Of a stretch of 64,000 nt of DNA, positions 54,226 through 62,857 are shown piece after piece. The translations under genes and the position numbers were made by a program. Each line of letters starts with the position of its first letter. The first letter of the stretch is position 1. Source of the DNA: a virus; IMG/VR virus record IMGVR_UViG_3300017991_000009, positions 1 through 64,000 of that record; one strand, written 5' to 3'. The notes below the pieces were generated by a model. That model ran no database searches and was not told the origin of the DNA. It was given only the letters and a program-made list of their open reading frames with translations.

Positions 54226-54552
54226 ATGTCAAGTTCCACAGGTGCTCGTTACAAGGCGGGCAGCATCGTCGCCACGAACGCGGAACTCCTGGTCCAGACC
54301 GTGGGATTCGTCCCGCAGAAGATCAGAGTCCACAACGAGGACAACAACGTGATGGTCGAGTGGTTCGAGAGCCTGGCCGCCGGCAAGAACGTCAAGCACG
54401 CGGCTGACGGGACCCGTTCCGTCCTCGCCTCGGGCGGCGTCGAGCCCTACAGCTTCGACGACGGCGACGGGAACCCCGGCATCAAGATCCCGCAGTTGGC
54501 CGACGTCAACGACACCACCACCGAGACCCTGCACTGGGAAGCCTGGGGCTAA
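54226..54552 (+). CDS. Small beta-rich virion protein
   Basis: TAAGGAGG RBS; VGFVP.KIRV.N, L.WEAWG. Confidence 0.6.
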   Translation: MSSSTGARYKAGSIVATNAELLVQTVGFVPQKIRVHNEDNNVMVEWFESLAAGKNVKHAADGTRSVLASGGVEPYSFDDGDGNPGIKIPQLADVNDTTTETLHWEAWG

Positions 54553-54600
54553 TCGCCGCTTAGCGGGTGACGATCAAGCAACCCTGGCAAAGGAGGAACA

Positions 54601-55113
54601 ATGCAAGTCGGAAACATCCCCGAAAGGCACTTTGACGGGCAATCGAACGTCACCCGTGCCTCTAAGAAGGAGGCCGCAGATCTGCACCTGGCGGAACTGC
54701 TGGATCTCATGCAACTCCACCGCGTCCCTTCCAATGTCGAGGCGGCAGCTTTCACGGCCGCGGCTAACGACACCTGGGAGGACGTTGACGTTGTGACACT
54801 CCTCAACGCGGCCCTCTCGTCCGACAGTATCCGGACAGGTGAGGCGGTTATGCTTCTCTGCACCCTGGAGGTGATCAACGGGGAAGCGGCCGTCAACAAC
54901 ATCAAGTATGGGCACGGCGAGATGCCGGACAACGACGATACCGTGAGGACATTCGCTATGGCGGGCGCGGTTGGTTCGGAGTTCATCCAGGGCGTCTGGC
55001 TGATGACCGACGACGACGGCCAGATCAAGTTCGAGACGGACGATACCACCAACGTGACGGTCAAGATCCATCTCGAGGGCTTCCAGTACATCAGGAAGTC
55101 AGCCACTTCCTAG
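54601..55113 (+). CDS. Putative virion structural protein
   Basis: AAGGAGG RBS; lies between terminase and portal. Confidence 0.55.
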   Translation: MQVGNIPERHFDGQSNVTRASKKEAADLHLAELLDLMQLHRVPSNVEAAAFTAAANDTWEDVDVVTLLNAALSSDSIRTGEAVMLLCTLEVINGEAAVNNIKYGHGEMPDNDDTVRTFAMAGAVGSEFIQGVWLMTDDDGQIKFETDDTTNVTVKIHLEGFQYIRKSATS

Positions 55114-55166
55114 TCGTGGGCTACATCTAGGGCGCGGTCACCCACCTCGCCCTTGAGGAGGGTGGC

Positions 55167-56837
55167 ATGACCACAAAACGCAAACGTGCTGCCCGCACGG
55201 CTAAAACCCCGGCGGACGCCGATCGTATCCAACTAGAGGCGATCGACAAGAAGGGGCAGCGGCGGTCGGTTACTCTGAAGGCCACGATAATTGACGGGCC
55301 CGAGGATGAGCCTCCGCGCCTGGACGAGGGGCCCACTAGCGCCGCTGACGAGCGAGACCCCTTCAAGAGCCAGTCGTTGGGTAAGCACCGCATCATTGAT
55401 CCACCCTACAACCAGCGGAACCTCCTCACCCTGAAGGAGAAGTCCAACGTGTTAACGTCGTGCGTGAACAGCATGGTGACTAACACAGTGGGCTTTGGCT
55501 GGCGACTCAGGGAACGCATCATGCCCGATGATCTCCGGCGGAAGTTCGAGTCCGAGATCATACGGGAGAAAATGTCCCTCCTCACGTGGCTTGAATCGGT
55601 GCATCCTACCGAGTCGTTTACCGCGTTGCGTGAGCAGGCGAAGGATGACCAGCACTCCTGCGGCAACGGTTACCTCGAGTTGATCGAGAATAAGGCAGGA
55701 CGCCTGGTCGGACTGAACCACGTACACGGCCACTGCATCAGGTTGTGTGAACGGCAGAAACGCGCCGTGAAGGTAGACGTACCGCGCATCCGGCCGGATA
55801 AGAACTTCATGATCGAGGACGTCGCTATGTGGCACCGCTTCAGGAAGTTCGTCATGATGGTCGGCACCAAGCCTCTCTTCTTTAAAGAGGCAGGCGATCC
55901 AAGGATGTTGGATCGCTACACCGGGGAGTACGGCAAGGACATCCCGTTCAACTGCCGCGCTACCTCACTCCTCCACTTTAAGAACTACTTCGCGGCATAT
56001 GCCTACGGCCTCCCTGTCTGGATCGGAGACACCCTCTCCGTAGTGGGGAGCCGCGAGGCGGAGGAAGTAAACTACGCCACTCTCCGCAACAACTCGATCC
56101 CATCGATGTTTGTCATAGTGGAGAACGGGTCACTTACCCAGGAATCGGTTGACCGCCTGCGGGAGTGGACGGAGCAGCAAATCCAGCGGTCGGCGAACCG
56201 ATCGAAGTTCATCATCCTGGAGGGTGAGACTTCTGACGAGGGGATCATTAATCCCACCGACTTCAAGATCAAAGTCGAGCCCTTGAAGCAACTCCAGCAA
56301 GAGGACCAACTCTACCAGGAACTCGACAAGAACAACCGAGACAAGGTGCGGCAGGCTTTCCGTCTGCCGCCCATCTTTGTTGGTCGGGCCGACGACTACA
56401 CTAGGGCCACGGCCGACACCAGCCGCGATATCGCAGACGAGCAGGTGTTTGCCCCGGAGCGGAACGGTGATGACTTCAAGACCAACCGCTTCATCCTCTT
56501 GCCCCTGGGTTCTCGGTTCCACGTGTTCCGATCGAACCATCCGAACATCACTGACGACATCGAGTTGATCCGCCTGATGGGCATCGCCGAGAAGTCTGGC
56601 GGTATGACCCCGCGGCGTGCCGACCGAATCATCCGTGATGTGTTCGGTGATGATATAGGGCCGATGCCCACCGGCATTGACCTGGACAAGCCCTTTACTA
56701 TCACGTTCGCCGAGGCTCAGCAGGGCGGTACACTTGCGCAAGGCAACGCGAACGCAGACCGAGTTATTGACGGCCTGCTCAACTTGCGTGAGAAGATAGA
56801 GGAGGAGCTTGAAGAAAGGTTGTACCACGAGGAGTAA
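55167..56837 (+). CDS. Portal protein (PBSX/HK97 family)
   Basis: IIDPPY, GNGYLE, LLHFK.Y...YGLP.W, N..IP, VRQAFRLPP.FVG..DYTRATA, EQVF.PE. Confidence 0.9.
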   Translation: MTTKRKRAARTAKTPADADRIQLEAIDKKGQRRSVTLKATIIDGPEDEPPRLDEGPTSAADERDPFKSQSLGKHRIIDPPYNQRNLLTLKEKSNVLTSCVNSMVTNTVGFGWRLRERIMPDDLRRKFESEIIREKMSLLTWLESVHPTESFTALREQAKDDQHSCGNGYLELIENKAGRLVGLNHVHGHCIRLCERQKRAVKVDVPRIRPDKNFMIEDVAMWHRFRKFVMMVGTKPLFFKEAGDPRMLDRYTGEYGKDIPFNCRATSLLHFKNYFAAYAYGLPVWIGDTLSVVGSREAEEVNYATLRNNSIPSMFVIVENGSLTQESVDRLREWTEQQIQRSANRSKFIILEGETSDEGIINPTDFKIKVEPLKQLQQEDQLYQELDKNNRDKVRQAFRLPPIFVGRADDYTRATADTSRDIADEQVFAPERNGDDFKTNRFILLPLGSRFHVFRSNHPNITDDIELIRLMGIAEKSGGMTPRRADRIIRDVFGDDIGPMPTGIDLDKPFTITFAEAQQGGTLAQGNANADRVIDGLLNLREKIEEELEERLYHEE

Positions 56838-56873
56838 TCCCAGTATCTCTGCCGAAGGGCAAGGAGGTTTCTA

Positions 56874-57494
56874 ATGAGTAGCAAGATCGAAGTACACAAG
56901 GTGGAACTCGTCGATGGCGAGGAACTCATGCAGATGGTGGACAAGGTGATTGCCGCGGTCACCCAGTCCAAAGGCAAACTGAAGAAGTCGCTATCCCTGC
57001 GCGGCATCTTCAAGGACCACGTCGTGGTGCGGGACGCGGAGTCCGGCAAGATGTTCCGGATGAAGATGACCCGCGACGACAAGGGCCAGGTCGCCCTGGA
57101 GGGGATGGAGGAAGTCAAGCAGGTATTTGTCCCGGTTAAGCAAAAGGCTGATGGCGCCGGTGATCATACTTGTGTTTGTGCAAGTTGTGGTTATACGGAG
57201 CAGGCGAAAATAGGTGAGGAGTGTCGGGCAAAAACGTGCCCGAAGTGCGGCGCTAAGATGACAAAGGCGCCAGCTAAGAGTGGGGATAAAGATGAGGACA
57301 AAGACAAGAAGGGTAAAACGGAAAAGTCCGATACCCCTGCTGTCACACTTGTTGCAGTTGATGGTGATGTCGTTGAGACCCCACTTAGCCCGCCTGAGAT
57401 CCTCACCCTCCTGAAGTCGGCCTCCGACGAGCAGGGCGAGATGGTCGAGGTCAAGGTCGAGAAGTCCGACAGTATGTGGGCGGGGGTTATTTAG
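56874..57494 (+). CDS. Hypothetical head-region protein with inserted zinc ribbon
   Basis: AAGGAGG RBS; CVCASCG..C...CPKCG encoded in a lower-GC insert. Confidence 0.65.
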   Translation: MSSKIEVHKVELVDGEELMQMVDKVIAAVTQSKGKLKKSLSLRGIFKDHVVVRDAESGKMFRMKMTRDDKGQVALEGMEEVKQVFVPVKQKADGAGDHTCVCASCGYTEQAKIGEECRAKTCPKCGAKMTKAPAKSGDKDEDKDKKGKTEKSDTPAVTLVAVDGDVVETPLSPPEILTLLKSASDEQGEMVEVKVEKSDSMWAGVI

Positions 57495-57516
57495 CTTATC
57501 GGATTTCGATAAGCTA
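57492..57516. repeat. Dispersed 25-bp palindrome, copy 5
   Basis: TAGCTTATCG-GATTT-CGATAAGCTA on the TAG stop of 56874..57494. Confidence 0.9.
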
Positions 57517-57536
57517 ACTGCCATCAATGGAAGCCC

Positions 57537-58544
57537 GTGGTAGGTCTGAATCCCACAAACCTCACCACCGAGGAGTTGTGTGACCTGGGGAGTGCAATTG
57601 ACTCCACGTTGTGTGTCGTGCTCAAGGTCGCGCCTCGGAGGGAGTCTGAGATCATCGAAGGTCGAATTGCCTCGACCATCGGTAGAGCTTGGAAGTCCAC
57701 GGCGAATGCCGCGACCAACTCCGGCATAGCCAAACTCCTCAAGGGCCCTTTCACTGACCGGCGGATCACCTCCTTCCTGAAGTCCTTGGGTGTGAAGCTG
57801 AAGACCCCCCTCACCAAGACCCAGATCAAGGTGATAGAGAAACGGCTCCAGTCTATCTGGAGGATCGCTAAGAAGTGGGCGGCGAAGGAGGCCAAGATCT
57901 CCTTCTCCTTCTCTCACGTTGATCAGCGAGCAGTCGCCGCGATCAACAGGCACCAGGTGTTCTGGGTAGGTGACTTCTACAACGACAAGTTGTCCCGCAG
58001 GATACGGGCCGTGTCTGAGGATGTCCTCCTTCGGCGCGGCCTCTCGCATAAAGAGGCGGGGGCGGTGCTAAGGAGAACTCTTCGCAGGGAGTTCGGTATC
58101 CTCCCTGGCGGTAAGACTAGGTTCGCGCCCACCGTCCCCGCTCGCTATGCGGGAAACCCCGATCTCTACTTCCGACAGGTAGCGTCAACCGCGGCGCACC
58201 AGTCGAGGACCTTCGGCACGTTGACCGCGTTCAGCGAGGCGGGGGTAACCAGCTACCAGCTTATCAACCCGGATGACGAGCGTACCGGGCAGATCTGTCA
58301 ACAGATGAGCGGGCAGGTTTTCTCCGTACAGACGGGGGTGCGGCAGATGAATCGCATCCTTGGAGCGAAGGACCCGAAGGACGTGAAGAAGATCGCCCCG
58401 TGGTTGTCAGGTGACGACATCGAGGCGGCCCTCGCGGGTGCACGCACAGGCAGCCAGCAGGCTACGGATAGGCTTGCCGCTGCAGGTGCGATCCTTCCGC
58501 CGTTCCACGCTTTGTGCAGGACAGATATTGTGATTCCGAGCTAG
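57537..58544 (+). CDS. Head morphogenesis protein (Mu gpF/SPP1 gp7 family)
   Basis: DERT..IC..M.G.VF and PPFHALCRT. Confidence 0.88.
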   Translation: MVGLNPTNLTTEELCDLGSAIDSTLCVVLKVAPRRESEIIEGRIASTIGRAWKSTANAATNSGIAKLLKGPFTDRRITSFLKSLGVKLKTPLTKTQIKVIEKRLQSIWRIAKKWAAKEAKISFSFSHVDQRAVAAINRHQVFWVGDFYNDKLSRRIRAVSEDVLLRRGLSHKEAGAVLRRTLRREFGILPGGKTRFAPTVPARYAGNPDLYFRQVASTAAHQSRTFGTLTAFSEAGVTSYQLINPDDERTGQICQQMSGQVFSVQTGVRQMNRILGAKDPKDVKKIAPWLSGDDIEAALAGARTGSQQATDRLAAAGAILPPFHALCRTDIVIPS

Positions 58545-58546
58545 TC

Positions 58547-58888
58547 ATGAAGAAGCGGACTACGATACAAACTCTCATCTTTGACAAGGCAAAGTTTCCT
58601 ACGAGGGACTCGGTACGTAAGTGGATCAAGGCTCATGGATTTCACATCATGCGCCAAAAGGAGAAAGTGACGAAGCCGGGTATTGACGAAACCGCTGGTA
58701 GCTTTAGAGTGCGCCAGAGGGCGCCTAGTGATTTCGTGCGAGGGTCGTTCAGAACGATTAATATTACTGATGGAGTGAAAGCTGTTATCGGAAGGCTGAA
58801 GTCTAGCGTGAAGAAAACGGGCGTAGTACTTGAAGTAAAAGGCCCCTATGACTTGCTGGATATATTGGAGGAGTTATGTGGCGATTAG
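58547..58888 (+). CDS. Hypothetical protein
   Basis: IQTLIFDK.KF...KWIK.HGF..DET..SFRVRQ pattern. Confidence 0.6.
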   Translation: MKKRTTIQTLIFDKAKFPTRDSVRKWIKAHGFHIMRQKEKVTKPGIDETAGSFRVRQRAPSDFVRGSFRTINITDGVKAVIGRLKSSVKKTGVVLEVKGPYDLLDILEELCGD

Positions 58889-59241
58889 AGAAAGCGTTCA
58901 AATTTGAGGCAGCACATTCCCTGCCTTATCACCGTGGTAAGTGTAAGCGGGTACACGGCCACTCTTGGCATGGGAAGGTAGTCCTTGAGCGTAACGATCT
59001 TACCGAGGATGGCCCCGAGGCGGGAATGGTCACTGACTTTGGGAAGGTAAAGGAGGTGATTGACCAGGTGTTAGACCAGTACCTCGATCACCTGTTCCTC
59101 AACGAATCTACTGGGATGCGCAACCCCACCTCGGAGCTACTTGCGAAGTGGCTCTACGATCACTTGAAGGTTCGCCTGCCGTACCTCGCGGCGATCGTCA
59201 TCCAGGAGACGGACTCGAGCACCTGCGAGTACCGACCGTAG
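58876..59241 (+). CDS. queD: 6-carboxytetrahydropterin synthase
   Basis: FEAAH.L, CKRVHGHSW, GMV.DF, LDH.FLN, NPTSE.LA.W. Confidence 0.95.
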   Translation: MWRLEKAFKFEAAHSLPYHRGKCKRVHGHSWHGKVVLERNDLTEDGPEAGMVTDFGKVKEVIDQVLDQYLDHLFLNESTGMRNPTSELLAKWLYDHLKVRLPYLAAIVIQETDSSTCEYRP

Positions 59242-59244
59242 GCG

Positions 59245-59847
59245 ATGCTGGGGAAGAGGTACATAGTCAAGGAGATCTTCTACTCCCTACAGGGAGAGGG
59301 GATGCGTGCAGGCGAGGCTAGTGTTTTTGTCCGCTTCGCTGGTTGTAACCTTAACTGTAGGAAGGAGACGCATGGTTTCGACTGTGACACCGACTTCAAG
59401 GGCGGTGTGAAACTGACCGCGGAAGGGGTACTCGAGGCAATCAAGAACGTCAACGAGCACTGTCGCTGGATCGTGCTGACCGGCGGGGAGCCCGCCGTGC
59501 AGTTGGATTCGGCACTCGTTTCTGTTCTGAAGGCCGCTGGCTATAGCCTGGCGATCGAAACCAATGGTACAAAGGCCTTGCCCGAGGGGCTTGACTGGAT
59601 ATCAGTTTCGCCGAAGCCCGGTACCTGCCTGGAGCAAACGAGAGCGATGGAGGTGAAATATGTCCTACGTGCTGGTGACCTTTTGCCTACGCGGTCAGAG
59701 ATTAAGGCCGCTTACTATCTATTGAGCCCCGCCTTTGAGGGAAACACTCTGCCCCAGGATAACCTGCGGCACTGCATCAACCTCTGCCTGGGTAACCCCA
59801 AGTGGATCCTTTCTGTCCAACTACACAAGCTAATAGGTGTGAGATGA
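59245..59847 (+). CDS. queE: 7-carboxy-7-deazaguanine synthase (radical SAM)
   Basis: EIFYSLQGEG, FVRFAGCNL.C...CDTDF, LTGGEP, IETNGT, SPK, S.QLHK. Confidence 0.95.
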   Translation: MLGKRYIVKEIFYSLQGEGMRAGEASVFVRFAGCNLNCRKETHGFDCDTDFKGGVKLTAEGVLEAIKNVNEHCRWIVLTGGEPAVQLDSALVSVLKAAGYSLAIETNGTKALPEGLDWISVSPKPGTCLEQTRAMEVKYVLRAGDLLPTRSEIKAAYYLLSPAFEGNTLPQDNLRHCINLCLGNPKWILSVQLHKLIGVR

Positions 59848-60401
59848 GTGAAGATCTAGTACGAGAGATGATTCTAGCGATTGGTGACGACCCCGACCGA
59901 GAAGGTCTGAAGGAAACACCCAAGCGGGTGGTGAAGTCGTGGGCTGAGTTGTACTCAGGCTACAACGCGGATGCGGCTGAGTACTGCAAGGTGTTCTCCG
60001 CGACCTATGATCAAGTAGTGGTGTTCAAGGACATCGACTACTTTTCAATGTGCGAACACCACATGCTGCCTTTCTTCGGGAAGGTGTATATCGCCTACTT
60101 GCCTGCAACCAACGGCAAGCAGGGGGCCAAGGTGATCGGGGCGTCTAAGATGGCCCGAATCGTGAACGTGTTTGCACGCAGGTTGCAGATACAGGAGCAG
60201 ATGACTCAACAGGTCGCGGAAGCGATCCAGGAGATGATTCACCCGAGGGGGTTGGCAGTCATCGTGGATGGGATGCACCTTTGCATGATGGCAAGAGGCG
60301 TGAGTCAGCAACACGCCACGATGCGAACCAGTGCCATGTGGGGCCTCTATCGAGAGGACCACAGGGCGCAGGCTGAAGCCCTTCGGTTGATGGGGTTTTA
60401 G
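59844..60401 (+). CDS. folE: GTP cyclohydrolase I
   Basis: REGL.ETPKRV, SMCEHHMLPFFG, RRLQIQE, HLCMMARGV. Confidence 0.96.
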   Translation: MSEDLVREMILAIGDDPDREGLKETPKRVVKSWAELYSGYNADAAEYCKVFSATYDQVVVFKDIDYFSMCEHHMLPFFGKVYIAYLPATNGKQGAKVIGASKMARIVNVFARRLQIQEQMTQQVAEAIQEMIHPRGLAVIVDGMHLCMMARGVSQQHATMRTSAMWGLYREDHRAQAEALRLMGF

Positions 60402-60402
60402 G

Positions 60403-61146
60403 ATGCCAAAGATCATCCTTGCCCCGCACCTAGATGACGAGGTGATCGGCTGCTACTCCATCCTCGGAGAAGTGGACCGAATCGTGTACTTCACAAGCGA
60501 CTATCGTGAAGAGAACCTGCCCGATGATCGCTACGAGAAGTTCAAGGGCACACTGCCCCACGGCATTGCTGAGGCCGACACGGTATTCCTCCCAAGCAGG
60601 TTCGACCACCATCCCTTTCACCGATATGTCCGCAACGTCGGGCTCGGGCTTCCTGGGATCAAGTGGTTCTATAGCGTTGAAATGAACGTACCGTGGTTAG
60701 AAGAGGAAGCGGACCCTGACGGGAAGTGGGCCATGATGGAACGGCTTTACCCGCAGGAGGTACCACGGCTCGTTGATCATAAGTATCGGCTGTTCAAGAG
60801 TATCAAGCCGTTCGACGAAGTGATCCGGGCTAGCGTGAAGATCGTCATTGAAAGGTGGCACCGCTGGCCCGCTGCACCGGAGAAGGTCGCGTTCTTGCGC
60901 AACCTCCACCGCCACTTGTTCCACGTCAACGTGCGCGTTCAGCAGTTCCAAGACGACCGCGACCTTGAATACTTCCTGTTGAGGGAAGAGGTGGGAGAGA
61001 TTGTCAACGGGTTCAAGTGGGAAGAACGCACCAGTTGTGAAATGCTAGCCCTTAGCGTAAAGCGAACATTGGAAATGAGGTACCTCGACCGAATGGTTCA
61101 GGTATCAGTCTATGAGGACAACGAAAACGGATGCGAGGTGGAGTGA
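60403..61146 (+). CDS. PIG-L/LmbE-type deacetylase fused to a DpdL-like T-fold domain
   Basis: N-terminal ILAPHLDDEVIGC and DHHPFH; C-terminal HRWP.AP..V.FLRNLHRHLFH, DRDLEY, SCEMLA, V.EDNENG. Confidence 0.7.
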   Translation: MPKIILAPHLDDEVIGCYSILGEVDRIVYFTSDYREENLPDDRYEKFKGTLPHGIAEADTVFLPSRFDHHPFHRYVRNVGLGLPGIKWFYSVEMNVPWLEEEADPDGKWAMMERLYPQEVPRLVDHKYRLFKSIKPFDEVIRASVKIVIERWHRWPAAPEKVAFLRNLHRHLFHVNVRVQQFQDDRDLEYFLLREEVGEIVNGFKWEERTSCEMLALSVKRTLEMRYLDRMVQVSVYEDNENGCEVE

Positions 61147-61880
61147 TGAAACACGTAGGCGAAAACAAACACGTAGGCGAAAACATCGTCGATATAGCCA
61201 ATGAGGGCCGCAAGCTCAACCTGTTTCAGGTTGAGGTAACCAACATATGCAACGGCAAGTGTGAATACTGCCCACAGTCGACAATGAAACGAAAGGCGGG
61301 GTATATCTCGCCTATGGTGTACCGCTCGGCGCTTCACGCAATGGAGAACGACGCCTTCCACCTGCATGGGCACGGGGAAACCTTGATGCACAAGCAGGTG
61401 GTTGAGATGGTGGACCTTGCCACCAGCTTGGGTAAGGAGGTCGGGTTTTCAACCAACGGCTCCCTTCTCACGCAGGAGAAACTCGATGCGTTGGCCCAGG
61501 CCGGGTTGAAGTGGCTCCGTCTGCACGTCGGCCCGTTCGGTGTGCGGCTCAACCAGTTCAAGGTACCCGAAGGCTTGATCGCCACCGAGCACCGGGTGGG
61601 CGATAACGGTCCCGAGGAGGTTGAGGACAAAGGGATGACTTCGTGGGGTGGTTGGGTGGATGGTGTCGAGGAAACAGGAGGGGCTGACCGCTGCTCCTTT
61701 TTAGGGTACCCCAACGGCAAGGAGTGGCGGTGCTTGCTCTACGACGGAACGGTAACTTTGTGTTGCGTTGACTACGAAGGTGGTGCTACACAAAGTGACA
61801 TCTGTAGCAAGTGCCGTGGGTTTGTTTTCAGGAGCCCTCGCGATTGGGGAAACTATGACGGCGAAGGCTGGGAATTCTAG
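61146..61880 (+). CDS. Radical SAM protein with Twitch/SPASM-like C-terminus
   Basis: CNGKCEYC, GHGE.LMH, STNGSLL, C...YDG.V.LCC.DY, C.KC. Confidence 0.88.
   Translation: MKHVGENKHVGENIVDIANEGRKLNLFQVEVTNICNGKCEYCPQSTMKRKAGYISPMVYRSALHAMENDAFHLHGHGETLMHKQVVEMVDLATSLGKEVGFSTNGSLLTQEKLDALAQAGLKWLRLHVGPFGVRLNQFKVPEGLIATEHRVGDNGPEEVEDKGMTSWGGWVDGVEETGGADRCSFLGYPNGKEWRCLLYDGTVTLCCVDYEGGATQSDICSKCRGFVFRSPRDWGNYDGEGWEF
61149..61184 (+). repeat. 18-bp tandem duplication
   Basis: AAACACGTAGGCGAAAAC twice (KHVGEN twice). Confidence 0.85.
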
Positions 61881-61889
61881 GAGCGAATC

Positions 61890-62330
61890 ATGAATACGAA
61901 AGTGCAAGCGGCAAAGCATGTGATTGCGGACGCGATAGCGAAACACGATCACCGAATCTACGTGGCGTACTCAGGCGGCAAGGACAGCCAGGCTCTCCTG
62001 CGGTTGGTGCGCTCGGTCAACCCCCACGCCCTGGTCGTGCACAATGGCTACGAGGGTGAATCGGTCGAAGACGAGTTCGGCATCTTGAAGGTCAAGCCCC
62101 CCAAGGCAGAGACCGTGCCGAAGTTCATGGAGGCGGTTGACCTTGGTGCGCAGTTCGATGCAACGCGCCGCGCCGAGAACAAGCTGGTGTGTATCGACGG
62201 CAAGGAGATCCACCGCAGCAACATGACCGGCCCCTACACCGCAAAAGGTTACTTCGGGCTGGAAGTCTACTTCCCTCTCTGGGACTGGTCAGACGAGGAA
62301 GTGCTGACCTTCTTGGAGGTGAGCGAATGA
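61890..62330 (+). CDS. Minimal PAPS-reductase-family PP-loop protein
   Basis: VAYSGGKDS, ATRRAE, FPLWDWSDEEV. Confidence 0.8.
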   Translation: MNTKVQAAKHVIADAIAKHDHRIYVAYSGGKDSQALLRLVRSVNPHALVVHNGYEGESVEDEFGILKVKPPKAETVPKFMEAVDLGAQFDATRRAENKLVCIDGKEIHRSNMTGPYTAKGYFGLEVYFPLWDWSDEEVLTFLEVSE

Positions 62331-62857
62331 AGGTTGACCGCTGCCACTACAGTTATGACGGCGAGGGAGATCTAATCGGTACCAAGACCTTCTTTTGTCA
62401 CTACCCAGGTGAGACCTCAATCGAGCAGTTTGACTTGAGCAAGGTAGGGGCGGTCTTTGTCAATACGGACACCCTTGACGAGACCCTTGGAGGGTGGATC
62501 GACCGTTGCGGTAAGATAGTGACGGTTGAGGTAGACGGGGAGGTGTTGAACACGACGCCCGCCGTAACCATCGACCTTGATGGTGCGAGGCTGTTCGTTG
62601 TCGTGGATCGCTTTTTCCCGCACCTCGTCAACTTCACTGGGTTCGTAAAGGTTAGAGTAATGGCCGAAGCTAACCTCCCTGAGTGCTTGAGGCTGGCAAA
62701 TACCTACGCGATGCAAGGGCGGCAAGTCCTCCTGATGCCCGAGTTTACTGACATCGGGCACAAGGAGGTAGGTGAGGTCATGATGGGGATCTACGATGAG
62801 GTCCACCCGCTGGTGCGGGTCATGCCTCCAGTTCAGTTCCTCTTGGGGGTGAAGTGA
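62327..62857 (+). CDS. Degenerate QueE-like paralogue lacking the Fe-S motif
   Basis: HYSYDGEGDLIGTKTFFCHYPG aligns with QueE FYSLQGEGMRAGEASVFVRFAG; C-terminus PPVQFLLGVK vs VQLHKLIGVR. Confidence 0.6.
   Translation: MKVDRCHYSYDGEGDLIGTKTFFCHYPGETSIEQFDLSKVGAVFVNTDTLDETLGGWIDRCGKIVTVEVDGEVLNTTPAVTIDLDGARLFVVVDRFFPHLVNFTGFVKVRVMAEANLPECLRLANTYAMQGRQVLLMPEFTDIGHKEVGEVMMGIYDEVHPLVRVMPPVQFLLGVK

Noticed and set aside
61890-62330. QueC
   Set aside because: PP-loop is SGGKDS with a PAPS-reductase-type PL.DW motif; it lacks SGGxDS plus YGQ and the C-terminal Zn cysteines of QueC
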